Positions 50,701-62,500 of a DNA stretch of 64,000 nt are shown in pieces (position 1 is the first letter of the stretch; each line of letters begins with the position of its first letter). The notes beneath the pieces were generated by a model. That model searched no databases. It had not been told where the DNA came from and saw only the letters and a list, made by a program, of their open reading frames with translations. The position numbers were made by a program, and so were the translations under genes. This stretch comes from an uncultured Prevotella sp. (GTDB lineage Bacteria; Bacteroidota; Bacteroidia; Bacteroidales; Bacteroidaceae): positions 4,871 through 68,870 of the forward strand of contig CAMHEA010000001.1 of NCBI GenBank assembly GCA_946184025.1, in the 5' to 3' direction.

Positions 50701-50814
50701 GAAGGGGCTTCGGTGGCGGAAAAAGAAAGCCTGCCCACTTGCCGCCTCCGTATGTCAGAGGGGGGTAAGCGGGCAGGCGTTGTCGTTCTCCGATATGCTG
50801 TTGAACGACGGGAT

Positions 50815-51954
50815 TTACTCACATTCCTTGAGAATCTCTTCGATTTCGGCGGCGGTGAGCTGCTTGCAGCATCCGGGTGTGATGACGGTGGACTCGGCAA
50901 TGGCTTTCCTCGTTGTGTCTTCAAGGCTGATGCCCATCTCGGAGAGGGTTGACGGCAGTCCCACTTCACGGATAAGCCCTTCCAAGGCATCAATGCCTTC
51001 ATCGCCATCCTGTACGAGCCAGACCTCCTGTGCCCAGCGGTTGAATTTCGCTTCGGCATGGCGAAAGATGTGACGGTAGAAGGTCGGATGCAGGACAGCG
51101 AGTCCCTGCCCGTGGTTGCAGTCGGTGTAGGCTCCCAGCTGATGTTCTATCATGTGGCACTGGAAGTCGGTCACCTTGCCTAACTTCAAGATTCCGTTCT
51201 CGCCCATGGCCGATGTCCACATCAGTTCGGAGCGGGCGAAGTCGTCGGCGGGGTTGGCTGCGATGCGCCGCAGGTTGCGGATGGTGTTGCGCTGTACGGC
51301 TTCGTTGATTTCATCGCTCACCGTCAGCTCGTCGGGGCGGCCGAAATAGGTTTCCATGCAGTGCGACAGGGTGTCGAAAGCCCCACTGATGACCTGCCGC
51401 ATCGGCACGGTTGTCGTCAGGTCAGGGTCGAGGATGGCGAAATCGGCCATGGCTCCCCACAGGGCGTTCTTCAGTTTTTTCTCTTCGTGGGTGATGACGG
51501 CTCCGTTGTTCTCCTCCGAGCCTGTGCCGGAGGCCGTTACGACCACGCCCATCGGCACAAATGCCGTCGGCAGTTGGTGTTTGCCGTATTCCATCTCCCA
51601 GATGTCTTCGTCGAGCCGGGCTTGTGCGGCGATAATCTTGCAGCAGTCTGACACCGATCCTCCTCCCACGGCGAGGATGAAGTCAATGTGTCGTTCGCGG
51701 ACGAGGCGGCTTCCTTCCTGTACTTTCTTATAGGTAGGGTTGGGCATGATGCCTTCGAAGTCTGTAACGGCCTTGCCGGTTTCTGCGAGCAGTGCCTTGA
51801 TGCGGTCATAGAGTCCCGTGCGCTTCAGCGAGCCGCCTCCGTAGGCCAGCAGTACGTTCTTTCCGTATTTTCCGAGTTCTGCCTTTAGTGTCTCTTCGAA
51901 GCATCCCTGTCCGAAATGGATGCGAACCGGGAAGTGATAGTCGAATCTGTTCAT
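50815..51954 (-). CDS. Iron-containing alcohol dehydrogenase (BdhA/YqhD-like)
   Basis: YGGGS, NP, AVGGGSV.D, GTGSE, D..SH..E, H.IEH, HG.GLA. Confidence 0.92.
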   Translation of the reverse strand: MNRFDYHFPVRIHFGQGCFEETLKAELGKYGKNVLLAYGGGSLKRTGLYDRIKALLAETGKAVTDFEGIMPNPTYKKVQEGSRLVRERHIDFILAVGGGSVSDCCKIIAAQARLDEDIWEMEYGKHQLPTAFVPMGVVVTASGTGSEENNGAVITHEEKKLKNALWGAMADFAILDPDLTTTVPMRQVISGAFDTLSHCMETYFGRPDELTVSDEINEAVQRNTIRNLRRIAANPADDFARSELMWTSAMGENGILKLGKVTDFQCHMIEHQLGAYTDCNHGQGLAVLHPTFYRHIFRHAEAKFNRWAQEVWLVQDGDEGIDALEGLIREVGLPSTLSEMGISLEDTTRKAIAESTVITPGCCKQLTAAEIEEILKECE

Positions 51955-51969
51955 GTTCAGTTTTTCCTT

Positions 51970-53031
51970 TTATAGATCATGTTTGGCCAGCCATGTGGCA
52001 ATGAGGTTGGCTATTTCGGCATTGTTCTTCTCTTGGAACATGAAGTGGCTGTTGCCGTGCAGGCCCTCTTCTGGCAGATGGATGACTGTGGCATCGCCGC
52101 CGTCAGCGTTGTACTGCTTGGCAAAGTCCCGGCATTGTTGCAACACCATGCGCCAGAAACCCGTCGACTGGATGTCTGCGGGACCGTTTTCGATGTAGTC
52201 ACCGAAGAGGAACAGCATCGGCACCTTGGCCGCAAGGAACTTCTTGTATTCGTTGCTGCCCACGGCGGGAGCTCCTCCCGGTTCCACGGCGACGATGGCT
52301 GCGATGTTGTCTGCATCCGTCTGCCAGCCGACGCGTCCTCCTTGTGAGTGGGTGATGTAGATGCTTTTGCGCCCGGTCATCGTTTGTATGTCGGCCAGGA
52401 CCGCACTCAGTGCCTCTCCGAACAGCCGTTCGTCGTAGCTTCCGGTGTTCGGTGTCATCTGGCAGAAGAACTGCCGTTGAGCTTCGTCGCCTTCGGGGAA
52501 TTGCGAGCCGGCGTATCTTTCGGGTGCTACTCGGCCGATGCGGAAGTGGGTGTACCAGGCTTGGTCACCCGGCTTGTAGCGGTTGCCGTCGGCATCCAGC
52601 GCATCTGTTGTCATTGCTTCCGTGGCACCGGCGGCACCGCGCCGTGGCTGGTCTACGAGAAAAGCAGAATAGCCTTTCCGCAGAAACCAGTCTGCCCATC
52701 CTTCACGTCCGTCGGGCGTAGCCTGCCAGCCGGTCCGTGTCTGTCCGTAGCCATGCAGGAAGACCACGGGTGTTCCGTTGCCTCCGAAGGGAATCTGATA
52801 GAAGGTGTTGGCATGGTCCACATGCGCCGTTGTGCCTTTGCGGGTCATGTCAAGCCAGTTCGTTGTCGGGTCATAGTCGCCTGGTACGGGGGTGGTTACG
52901 CGTCCGCCGGAAGCGAACACTCCTTGTTTGCTGATGAGCAGGCCTTGCGCCTGCTGTCCGTTCGGCCCCGTCTGGGCACTGGCGGTGATGGCTATGGTAG
53001 CCAGCGCACCGAGTAGAAGCTTTCTTTTCAT
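51970..53031 (-). CDS. Secreted alpha/beta hydrolase
   Basis: FLHG, TPDGREGW, VDQPRRG, HSQGG nucleophile, GNSHF. Confidence 0.85.
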   Translation of the reverse strand: MKRKLLLGALATIAITASAQTGPNGQQAQGLLISKQGVFASGGRVTTPVPGDYDPTTNWLDMTRKGTTAHVDHANTFYQIPFGGNGTPVVFLHGYGQTRTGWQATPDGREGWADWFLRKGYSAFLVDQPRRGAAGATEAMTTDALDADGNRYKPGDQAWYTHFRIGRVAPERYAGSQFPEGDEAQRQFFCQMTPNTGSYDERLFGEALSAVLADIQTMTGRKSIYITHSQGGRVGWQTDADNIAAIVAVEPGGAPAVGSNEYKKFLAAKVPMLFLFGDYIENGPADIQSTGFWRMVLQQCRDFAKQYNADGGDATVIHLPEEGLHGNSHFMFQEKNNAEIANLIATWLAKHDL

Positions 53032-53201
53032 ACGCAGTCGTTCTGTTTTTCTTTTTGTATTCAACATGTTCTTGTCTTGTTTCCGTTTGCAAAATTACGG
53101 GCAAACCGGCAACTGGGAGTAATAAAAACGGCAGGTTTTAGTTCACTTTTTACGGATTCCGGATGAAGGAAGCATGCGGGCGATGCGCAGACAATGATGA
53201 T

Positions 53202-54008
53202 TTATTCCCTGAAGCCGGAGGGAGATACGCCCAGATACTTCTGCACATAGCGGCTGAAGTAGCTCGGTGAGGAGAAGTTGTAATAGTCGGCCAGTGCCGT
53301 CAGGGTTTGTTTTCGGTTGCGCAGCTGCCGGCTGATGTCGAGTACGGTGAAGCGGTTAATCCAATAGTTGGCGGGGAAGCCGCTCACCTTTTTGCAAACT
53401 TCCGAGAGATACTTCGGTGTGATGAAGAGTTTGTCGGCATAGTAGTTGATTTCGCGGTTTTGCCGATAGTCGCCGCGCTCCAGCATGGTCAGGAATCGCT
53501 CCATGATGTCGGCATACTGCGAGGAGATGCGTTCGTTTCCGTAGAGGGAAGCATGGAAGTCGAAGAGGTCGATGATCAGGCATTGGATGGCGTTGATCAT
53601 GGCATCGCGGTGGAAACGGTGCGTGGTGAGTGCCAGCCGGCTTTTGATGTAGTCTACGTCGAGCACGCATACTTCCTGCTGTTCGGCCGAGAGGTGCATG
53701 ACCGGATTGTTGAACAGTGCCAACTGTCCTTTCATGCCGTAGTTGCTGTAGGGTGTTGAGATTTCAATAAATTCGGGGGTGACGTAGATTGCGTCCACGC
53801 GGAAGTCCTCGCTCTCGCTGACCGACTCCACCAAGTCGCCCCGCCGGATAATCAGGCAGTCGCCGCCGGCGAGTCGGTAGGTGTTCTGGTTGAAGACCAG
53901 TTCGCACGTCCCCTGATGGCAGTAGGCGTGGCAGAGGTATCCGGCCAGTTCTCCTTGTCCGATGCCCGTCAACGTTTCGGCGATAATAATGTCTTTCCGG
54001 TCATTCAT
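53202..54008 (-). CDS. AraC family transcriptional regulator
   Basis: YYADKLFITPKYLS…F.SPSYFSRY…GVSP..FR. Confidence 0.88.
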   Translation of the reverse strand: MNDRKDIIIAETLTGIGQGELAGYLCHAYCHQGTCELVFNQNTYRLAGGDCLIIRRGDLVESVSESEDFRVDAIYVTPEFIEISTPYSNYGMKGQLALFNNPVMHLSAEQQEVCVLDVDYIKSRLALTTHRFHRDAMINAIQCLIIDLFDFHASLYGNERISSQYADIMERFLTMLERGDYRQNREINYYADKLFITPKYLSEVCKKVSGFPANYWINRFTVLDISRQLRNRKQTLTALADYYNFSSPSYFSRYVQKYLGVSPSGFRE

Positions 54009-54158
54009 TGTGCAAATATACGGGTTTCCTGCGAATTTCGCACTTTGTTGCCCGATATTTTTTCAATATGTGAGGATTGGCCATCCCTCCTGTGAAACTG
54101 TTACAGACATTTGCCGGTGGCGTTTCTTTTCGGAATCAGAGCGGTATCGTTTCTGTGG

Positions 54159-54241
54159 CAATATAGCCTTTATTAGGAAGTAATATAGCCTATGTTATCA
54201 TGTAAGAAAGGGTTTATTACGCAGCAATATAGGGTTTATTG
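54159..54241. repeat. 4x22-bp phased array (family C), copy 3
   Basis: Units at 54159, 54181, 54203 and 54225. Confidence 0.78.
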
Positions 54242-54387
54242 GTGTGCGGCTGAGGCTTGGATTCTTTGCCTTTCAGGGAGAACGGAAGGGTGGGGAGGTT
54301 TCGTTGCTGCTGGTCTCAGGGCGGTTTTGATGGGTGACAAAACTAAAAAAACTTGCGTAAATATTTGTGTATATGCGAATTTCTTCG

Positions 54388-54446
54388 TACTTTTGCATCC
54401 GTTCAGAGGAATGAGGGACTCGCAAAGAGTTCCTCATTCGTTTTTA
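54388..54446 (+). promoter_or_regulatory. rimP promoter (-7 TACTTTTG) and leader terminator hairpin (rimP-leader-like attenuator)
   Basis: gaatgagggactc-gcaaa-gagttcctcattc-gttttt between the promoter and the ATG. Confidence 0.7.
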
Positions 54447-54460
54447 TATCAACGTTCAAT

Positions 54461-54928
54461 ATGATAGATAAAAGCATCGTAAGTGCCATCGTTGAGGAGT
54501 GGCTGAAAGACAAAGACTACTTCCTGGTAGACATCCAGGTCAGTGCCGACGACCGCATCGTGGTGGAAATAGACCACGCCGACGGCGTATGGATTGAAGA
54601 TTGTGTGGAACTGAGCCGGTTTATCGAGGAGAGGCTGAGCCGCGACGAGGAAGACTATGAGTTGGAAGTGGGCTCGGCCGGACTGGGCCAACCCTTCAAG
54701 GTGGCACAGCAGTATGTCAACTTCATCGGCAAGGAGGTGGAGGTGCTGACGGGCGACGGCCGGAAGCTGTCTGGCGTATTGAAGTCCGTCGACGGCCGCG
54801 ACTTCACCGTTGCCGTACAGGAGAAGGTTAAGGAGGAAGGGAAGAAGCGTCCGCAGCTGGTTGACGTGGATCACAGCTTCAACATGGACGAGGTGAAATA
54901 CTGCAAGTACCTCATCGCCTTCAAGTAG
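54461..54928 (+). CDS. rimP: Ribosome maturation factor RimP
   Basis: IEDC..LSR, YELEVGSAG; precedes nusA. Confidence 0.95.
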   Translation: MIDKSIVSAIVEEWLKDKDYFLVDIQVSADDRIVVEIDHADGVWIEDCVELSRFIEERLSRDEEDYELEVGSAGLGQPFKVAQQYVNFIGKEVEVLTGDGRKLSGVLKSVDGRDFTVAVQEKVKEEGKKRPQLVDVDHSFNMDEVKYCKYLIAFK

Positions 54929-54998
54929 CATTCCCCCGCGGCTGTCCGTCAAGGATGGCCTGTGTCTTGTTTTAAGGAAATAATAAAAAAAGAATATA

Positions 54999-56261
54999 AT
55001 GGCAACAAAAAAGAATGACCTGACTCCGAACATGATTGAAACGTTCAAGGAGTTTAAGGAGACCAAGAACATCGACCGCACTACGCTGGTGAGTGTGCTG
55101 GAAGAAAGCTTCCGTAATGTGATTGCGAAGATTTTCGGCTCTGACGAGAACTTCGATGTCATCGTGAACCCCGACAAGGGTGACTTTGAAATCTATCGGA
55201 ACCGCGTCGTCGTGCCCGATGGCGAGGTGAAGGATGAGAACAAGGAGATTGCGCTGAAGGAAGCCCGGAAGATAGAGGAAGACTACGAGGTGGGCGAGGA
55301 CGTGTCAGAGCGTGTAGACTTTGCCAAGTTTGGTCGCCGCGCCATCCTGAACCTGCGTCAGACCCTGGCCTCGAAGATTCTGGAGCTGGAGCACGACTCG
55401 CTCTACAACAAGTATAAGGATCGTGTGGGACAGATTATTTCCGGTGAGGTCTATCAGACTTGGAAGCGCGAAGTGTTGCTCGTTGACGAGGAGAACAACG
55501 AACTCATCCTGCCCAAGTCCGAGCAGATTCCCTCCGACCAGTACCGTAAGGGTGAGACCATCCGTGCCATCATCCTGCGCGTGGACAATGAGAATAATAA
55601 TCCGAAGATTATCCTTTCGCGTACCAGCCCGCAGTTCTTGGAGCGTCTGCTGGAGGCAGAAGTGCCCGAGATCAACGATGGTCTCATCTCCGTGAAGCGC
55701 ATCGCACGCATGCCGGGCGAACGCGCAAAGGTGGCTGTGGAAAGCTACGACGAGCGTATAGACCCGGTTGGAGCCTGTGTGGGCGTACGCGGTAGCCGTG
55801 TGCATGGTATCGTGCGCGAACTGGGCAACGAAAACATCGATGTTATTAACTACACGTCGAACACCAAGCTCTTCATTCAGCGTGCACTGAGCCCCGCCAA
55901 GGTTTCGAGCATCAACATTGACGAGGAGAATCTAAAGGCAGAGGTCTATCTCAAACCCGAAGAAGTCAGCCTGGCCATCGGCCGCGGAGGTCTGAACATC
56001 AAACTGGCCTCCATGCTGACGGGCTATACCATCGACGTATTCCGCGAAGTCGGCGAAGAGGATGCCGAGGAAGACATCTACCTGGAGGAATTCTCTGACG
56101 AGATTGACCAGTGGGTGATCGATGCCATCAAGTCGATCGGACTCGATACGGCCAAGCAGGTGCTCAACGCTCCGCGTGAAATGCTGATTGAGAAAGCCGA
56201 CCTGGAAGAAGAAACCGTCGACAGCCTGCTCCAAGTATTGGCAGACGAGTTTGAGAGTTAA
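54999..56261 (+). CDS. nusA: Transcription factor NusA
   Basis: FGRRA, ARMPGERAKVAV, DPVGACVG, AIGRGGLNIKLAS. Confidence 0.98.
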   Translation: MATKKNDLTPNMIETFKEFKETKNIDRTTLVSVLEESFRNVIAKIFGSDENFDVIVNPDKGDFEIYRNRVVVPDGEVKDENKEIALKEARKIEEDYEVGEDVSERVDFAKFGRRAILNLRQTLASKILELEHDSLYNKYKDRVGQIISGEVYQTWKREVLLVDEENNELILPKSEQIPSDQYRKGETIRAIILRVDNENNNPKIILSRTSPQFLERLLEAEVPEINDGLISVKRIARMPGERAKVAVESYDERIDPVGACVGVRGSRVHGIVRELGNENIDVINYTSNTKLFIQRALSPAKVSSINIDEENLKAEVYLKPEEVSLAIGRGGLNIKLASMLTGYTIDVFREVGEEDAEEDIYLEEFSDEIDQWVIDAIKSIGLDTAKQVLNAPREMLIEKADLEEETVDSLLQVLADEFES

Positions 56262-56387
56262 TGCGTAAGCCCGTCGGAATGAACCTCGCAGGTTGTGGCA
56301 ACCGCCCTGCCTGCAACGTCGCCGACGTGGAGAGAAGACTGAGAGAACAGAGAGGATACGCATGACCAATTATGATTAAAAAGAATT

Positions 56388-59267
56388 ATGAGCATCAGAT
56401 TAAATAAAGCAATTCGTGAGTTAAACATAGGACTTCAAACGGCAGTTGATTTCCTGGAAAAGAAAAAGGAACTGGGTGAGGTGAAGGCAGACCTGAACTT
56501 CAAACTCAGTGATGACCAGTATGGAGCGCTCGTAGAAGCGTTCAAAGGTGATGCTTCCGTAAAGAACGATGCGGCGAAGCTCTTCCCCAAGAAAGCAAAG
56601 GAGAAGAAACCCAAGGCTGAAGCACCCGCCAAGGCTGAAGACCTGCTGGGCAAAAGCCGTCAGCAGTTCAAGCCTCTTGGGAAAATCGACTTGGATCAGC
56701 CAGGAAAGAAGGCTGAGGCTGCCCCTGTCCAGAAGGAAGAGAAGCCGCAGGAGAAACCTGTGGAGCCCACTCCCAAGAAGGAAGAGCCCGTAGTGGCTGT
56801 GCCTGCTGCCGAAGCACAGCCCAAGGAGGAGACCGCTCCGGCGGCAAAAGCACCGGAGAAGAAGCCGGAAGAGCCGAAGAAGGAGGCTCCCATGGCCACG
56901 GCCGCCGAGCAACCCCGTAAGGAAGAACCGAAGGCACAGCCCGCACCGGCCCCTGCCGCACCTGTTTCCGCTGCAGAAAAACCTGCGGTCGAACCGTCGA
57001 CGGCTCAGAAGGAAGAAGCCGTAAAGCCTGAGGAGGAGAAACCTGCGGCTCCGACAACGGAAATCTTTACCACCAAGAACGAGCAGAAGATGCTCAACGC
57101 CACGAAAGTGAACGTGCTCGGAAAGATCGACCTCAGTACGTTGAACCAGAGCACACGTCCGAAGAAGAAGTCAAAGGAGGAACGCCGCAAGGAACGTGAG
57201 GAACGTTCGGCTGGTGAGAAGAAGAAACGCGTACGCATCGGAAAGGAGCGCGTTGACATCAACGCCGCGGCCAACCAGCAGAATACACCTGCTGCCAATG
57301 CAGGTAAGAGTAGCGGAAAGAAAAAGAAGAACCGCAACCGTAACCAGAAACCCTTGGAGGTGAACGAGGAAGACGTGGCACGTCAGGTAAAAGAGACATT
57401 GGCACGTCTGACCAACAAACAGTCGCAGAACAAGAAGGGTGCCAAGTACCGTAAGGAGAAGCGCGAAGCCGCCCAGGAGAAACTCAACGAAGAGGCACGC
57501 GCAGAAAGCAAGGAGAGCAAGACGCTGAAGCTGACCGAGTTTGTGACCGTCAGCGAGCTGGCAACGATGATGGATGTCGGCGTGACGCAGGTCATCTCCA
57601 CCCTCATGTCTGTTGGCATCATGGTGTCCATCAACCAGCGTCTGGACGCAGAGACCATCAACCTGGTGGCCGACGAGTTCGGCTTCAAAACCGAATATGT
57701 CAGTGCAGAAGTGCAGGAAGCCGTCAGCGAGGAGGAGGACGACGAGAACGATCTCGTGCCGCGTGCTCCGATCGTGACCGTGATGGGACATGTGGACCAT
57801 GGTAAGACCTCATTGCTCGACCATATCCGAAACACCAACGTCATTGCGGGCGAGGCCGGAGGCATCACCCAGCATATTGGAGCCTACAACGTGAAGTTGG
57901 AAGACGGCCGACGCATTACTTTCCTCGATACGCCGGGCCACGAAGCCTTCACCGCCATGCGTGCCCGTGGTACACAGGTAACCGACATCGCCATCATTAT
58001 CGTCGCAGCCGACGACTCGGTGATGCCCACCACGAAGGAGGCCATTGCCCATGCACAGGCTGCCAACGTGCCGATGGTCTTTGCCATCAACAAGATTGAC
58101 AAACCGGGAGCCAATCCCGACAAGATACGTGAGGACCTGGCGCAGATGAACCTGCTTGTAGAAGAGTGGGGAGGCAAGTACCAGTGTCAGGAGATTTCAG
58201 CCAAGAAAGGCATCGGTGTGGAAGACCTGCTGGAGAAAGTGCTTCTGGAGGCCGAAATGCTCGACCTCAAAGCCAACCCGAACCGCAAGGCTACGGGATC
58301 CATCATCGAATCGTCGCTCGACAAGGGACGCGGCTACGTTTCCACGGTATTGGTTTCCAATGGTACGCTGAAGGTGGGCGACAACGTCATTGCAGGTACG
58401 TCGTGGGGTAGGATCAAAGCGATGTTCAATGAGCGCAACCAGCGCATCGAGCAGGCTGGTCCTGCCGAGCCGGTAATCATCCTTGGTCTCAATGGCGCAC
58501 CTACTGCCGGCGACACCTTCCATGTGCTCGAAACGGAGCAGGAAGCACGCGACATTGCCAACAAGCGTCTACAGCTACAGCGCGAGCAAGGGCTGCGCAC
58601 CCAGAAGAAGTTCACCCTCGACGACATCTCTCACCGCATTGCACTGGGCGAGTTCCACGAACTGAACATTATTGTCAAGGGAGATACCGATGGAAGTATC
58701 GAGGCCTTGAGCGACTCCTTCCTCAAACTCTCCACAGAGAAGGTCCAGGTCAATGTCATCAGCAAGGCCGTAGGACAGATTTCCGAGAACGACGTGATGC
58801 TGGCTTCGGCTTCCGATGCAATCATCGTGGGCTTCCAGGTGCGTCCGTCGGCCGATGCCCGCAAGGCTGCCGACCGCGAAGGCGTGGACATCAACACCTA
58901 CTCCGTCATCTACGATGCCATCGACGATATCAAGTCGGCCATGGTAGGTATGCTCGACAAGGTGAAGAAGGAAGTCGTGACCGGTCAGGTGGAAGTGCGT
59001 CAGGTGTTCAAGATTTCCAAGGTCGGAACCGTTGCCGGAGCGCTTGTTACCGAAGGCAAGGTGCACCGTTCGGACAAAGCCCGTGTGGTACGCGACGGCA
59101 TTGTCATCCACACGGCTCCCATCGATGCCTTGAAACGTTACAAGGACGATGTCAAGGAAGTGGCAACGGGGCTGGAATGTGGTATCTCGCTTGTCAACTT
59201 CAACGACATTCTGGAAGGCGACATCATCGAAACCTTCATGGAAATTGAGGTGCAGCAGAAGCTCTGA
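56388..59267 (+). CDS. infB: Translation initiation factor IF-2
   Basis: [20 protein letters not shown]. Confidence 0.98.
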   Translation: MSIRLNKAIRELNIGLQTAVDFLEKKKELGEVKADLNFKLSDDQYGALVEAFKGDASVKNDAAKLFPKKAKEKKPKAEAPAKAEDLLGKSRQQFKPLGKIDLDQPGKKAEAAPVQKEEKPQEKPVEPTPKKEEPVVAVPAAEAQPKEETAPAAKAPEKKPEEPKKEAPMATAAEQPRKEEPKAQPAPAPAAPVSAAEKPAVEPSTAQKEEAVKPEEEKPAAPTTEIFTTKNEQKMLNATKVNVLGKIDLSTLNQSTRPKKKSKEERRKEREERSAGEKKKRVRIGKERVDINAAANQQNTPAANAGKSSGKKKKNRNRNQKPLEVNEEDVARQVKETLARLTNKQSQNKKGAKYRKEKREAAQEKLNEEARAESKESKTLKLTEFVTVSELATMMDVGVTQVISTLMSVGIMVSINQRLDAETINLVADEFGFKTEYVSAEVQEAVSEEEDDENDLVPRAPIVTVMGHVDHGKTSLLDHIRNTNVIAGEAGGITQHIGAYNVKLEDGRRITFLDTPGHEAFTAMRARGTQVTDIAIIIVAADDSVMPTTKEAIAHAQAANVPMVFAINKIDKPGANPDKIREDLAQMNLLVEEWGGKYQCQEISAKKGIGVEDLLEKVLLEAEMLDLKANPNRKATGSIIESSLDKGRGYVSTVLVSNGTLKVGDNVIAGTSWGRIKAMFNERNQRIEQAGPAEPVIILGLNGAPTAGDTFHVLETEQEARDIANKRLQLQREQGLRTQKKFTLDDISHRIALGEFHELNIIVKGDTDGSIEALSDSFLKLSTEKVQVNVISKAVGQISENDVMLASASDAIIVGFQVRPSADARKAADREGVDINTYSVIYDAIDDIKSAMVGMLDKVKKEVVTGQVEVRQVFKISKVGTVAGALVTEGKVHRSDKARVVRDGIVIHTAPIDALKRYKDDVKEVATGLECGISLVNFNDILEGDIIETFMEIEVQQKL

Positions 59268-59280
59268 ACCTCCCAACAAG

Positions 59281-59319
59281 CAGCGAGGGGGATGGTATCG
59301 CGAACCATCCCCCTCGCTG
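59281..59319 (+). terminator. Hairpin after infB
   Basis: 16-bp perfect stem cagcgagggggatggt/accatccccctcgctg. Confidence 0.7.
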
Positions 59320-59411
59320 TCATATTCCCCCTCTGACTCCAAGACAGGGCGTGTAGACATTGGAAAAGTGGTATAAATGCCTGTGGCTGCTGCTGGGTCT
59401 TGTCTTCTCGT

Positions 59412-59460
59412 AAAAGAAAAGCGGCGAGGAGCCTTCCCAACGGAGGGTTCCTCGCCAGCT
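59412..59460 (-). terminator. Terminator of the LRR gene
   Basis: ggcgaggagcc…ggttcctcgcc with aaaagaaaa. Confidence 0.65.
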
Positions 59461-59500
59461 GAAGGGGCTGGGACACGGCGTGAGTCGTCGGTGCGCGGGG

Positions 59501-62500
59501 CTACTTCACCGCCACCTTGCGGCCATTGAAGATATAGATGCCTTTCTGTGTGGGTGCGCTGCCCAGCTTGCGTCCGTCAATGGTGTAGTATTCACCGTCG
59601 TTCTGCTGCCGGGTGTCAATGGTGCTGATGGCATTCGGAAGGGCACCGATGACGATGGTGGTGTTCAATTCGTAGGAGTCGCTGCTGTCAACAAACGTTC
59701 CCAGACTCCATTCGTAGCCCTCCCAGTTGCCAAAGTTGGTAAAGACTTTCCATTCAACGCCTTCCGGTTCGAGTATACTTATGCCATCGCCGAGTTCCAG
59801 ACATGGTTCTCCTGTGGCCTCTATGATAAAGGGTATCTCTCCGGTGACGCTCAGTCTACCGCTGAGCACACTCAGCGTGGCATTTCCGAAGGCTTCGCAG
59901 TAGAGGAAAGAAGCATTTGTGTCATCTGCCTTTATTTCAATTGTGGGTCCGTCGATGGTTATCTGTATGTCACCAGGATAGTAGGTTTGGCTTCGCATAG
60001 CTCCAATATGTAAGCTTCCGCCACCGTTGAAGGTTGCATTTTCCGTATATATTCTCATACCTCCCTTGATATTGTTTTCGCCAATGACGTTGAAGCTGTA
60101 CGATTGTCCACTGTAGTCTTTTATGAATAAATAGCCGTCGTATTCCATACCGTCGAAGGTGATGGTGCGTGTAGTGTTGTCGTAGCTTACGGTTCCGGCT
60201 TTGAAGGCTTCGTCTTCCTTTAGCATGGCATTGATGTCTACGTCTGCTTCAGCATAGAAGTAAGTTGATTGATAAGTATTGAAGTTATAGAAGTATACAG
60301 GAAGGCGGGTGCCGATATAGGGAATCCAACCTTTGTAATCGTCATAGACCAATACGTTCCATCCCTTTGCCTTCATGGCGTCGACCTGTTGGCGCGTAAC
60401 GGTATTGTGCTCCCAAGTGAAATTTTGCGTAGAAATTTTCAGTTCGCCGTCGTTTTCGCTGCGGATGGGCAGTGCTTCAACGAGTGCGTCCATGTTTTCG
60501 CCCTGAATACTGTTGTTGTAGATGCTCAGACTCTGCAAAGCTGTGAACACTTCCAAGCCTTTTGGGTTGGAGATTTCCCTTTCGCTTAATTCCAGGCTGG
60601 TTGTCGCAGCCTGCTCTTCGGGTGTGATAACACCATCAGTACCGATGCTTGTATGGAACAGGGCGTTCTGCAGGTTCTCGTCAGGGAAGTTTTCGTCGGC
60701 CAGCACGATGCCGTTGGGGGCAGGATTCATGATGTTGTATCCACCCACATTCGAGAATCCGATGTTCCAGTTCTTGGCTGCTGCTGCATCGCGCTGTGCT
60801 TCCGTTACCACGTTGTACAGCTTGTCTTGGGTTACGTAATCCTTGTTAAGGATGATCCAAGCTTTATACCAATCTTCCTTACCCGAATAGGCAGGGAGTG
60901 AGCTTATGAGGTCATCCATGGCCTTGCCGCGTATGAAATCCTTGCTGATGATTACTGCCTGTAGGTTCGGAACATTTTCTTTGTCAATGACCCATGTCTT
61001 TAGATTGCATTCAGACACATCTAAAAGTTCCAACGACGTGTTGTTGCCGAAGGTGATACTCTCAAGAGGATTGTTATAGATATAAAGGTATTTGATGACT
61101 TGATTGTTCGCAATATTGAGGGACGTGATTTGGTTTCCGTTGCATTGCAGGTTCTCCAGCTTTTGGTTGGCAGAAACGTCAAGGCTCGTTAGCTGGTTGT
61201 TGGAGCAATACAATTCTTTTAGTTCAGGATAGTTGCTCACGTCAAGGCTCGTCAGTTTGTTGTCGTAGCAGTCGATTCCCACCATCTGTCCGTTGTCGGG
61301 TAGCTTCAGTACTTTCAGGTTCGTATTCTGGCTCCTAAAATACTTGAGCTTGAGGAAGTTCGACAAATCGAGTTCTTCAAATCCGAAAAAACTGTAGGGG
61401 TAGCCGTTGTTGAAACTTTCCATTTCAATGAAATACTCCATTCCGGTGAGGTCGTTGATGGGGTATTGATAGCCCATGTAGAAGTCCAGTTCCTTCACGG
61501 CAAGTATTTCTTCGCCGCTGAGTATGTTGTCGCTGTTCTTGTCGTGACGGTATTTCACCAGACTACGGAATTTCTCGTCGGGGAAATGTTCCTCGTCGAT
61601 GGCCACGTCGGGAGGAAGGATGGTGCCAGTGAGCGTTATTTCTTGCTTTGTGTCACCGAAGCTGACGATGACGTTTCCGTTCTTAATGCCGTAAGGCTCC
61701 TTGTTCATGGTTACGGTGATGGTCTCCGTGGCACCGCCGGCAATCGAAAAATGCTGTTTGTCAATAGAGAACAGGTTGTCGGGGAAACAGCTTAGGCTGA
61801 GGTCAACCTGAATGAGTGACTCCGTGTTGTTCTTCACTGTGAAGGTCTTGGTTACTGCGTTGCTTTGTGTGCCGAAGTCGATGTCGGAAAGATAATTCCC
61901 TTCATTGTCGAAGGCGGAACAATCTAGCTCACAACCTAACCGGATGATGTTCTTATAGGAAGTATCGCTGCGGTTATATGGCGTGCCCGGGCTATAGGGG
62001 TTATATGCGCCTTCGTAGTCGTTGTATGCATACAATGATTTGTAGCCGGAACTTCCGTAGAAGACCGCAAAATCGACACCGCTTTCGTAGCTTCCCGTGC
62101 GGTCGTTGACGGCAAGGAGCAGGTTCTGTGTGTTGTCGTATTCTAATGGTTTGCTCAATGTTATCTGCGTCCAGCTTTTTCCTTTAAATGTAACTTCTCC
62201 GCTAAACACCTTGGCTTCTTCCGACATTGCCATCCAGACATAGTCTGAACCGAATGTACTCTTGCTTGTGGGCATCATGAAGATGTCCACCGTTCGGGTT
62301 ACATCATTGGATTCGGTGTTGTAAAAACCCAGTGAGGTGATCTTTCCACTGACTCCAATCTCTGCGCCGGTGTAGATTTGTTCAGTGAAACTATAGTTGT
62401 AGTTTGTTTTGGTTGGGAGGTAGCTTGATGATGAATCCCCTTTACCAATCGTCACGAATTGCGCCCATGCACCCATGGCGATGCAGAGCAAAATCATTGA

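Noticed and set aside
10602-54460. Upstream starts given by the ORF track (10602, 13453, 17636, 33018, 40524, 45924, 53067, 54353)
   Set aside because: Downstream ATGs fit signal peptides, family N-termini or promoter positions better.
56700-57060. Pro/Ala/Glu/Lys-rich repeats in infB
   Set aside because: Normal variable low-complexity N-terminal region of IF-2.
7017-59360. Many long antisense ORFs (e.g. 8637..9911, 26693..27934, 33004..34410, 47166..48485, 48864..50423)
   Set aside because: Opposite well-supported genes; expected from codon bias; no recognisable motifs.
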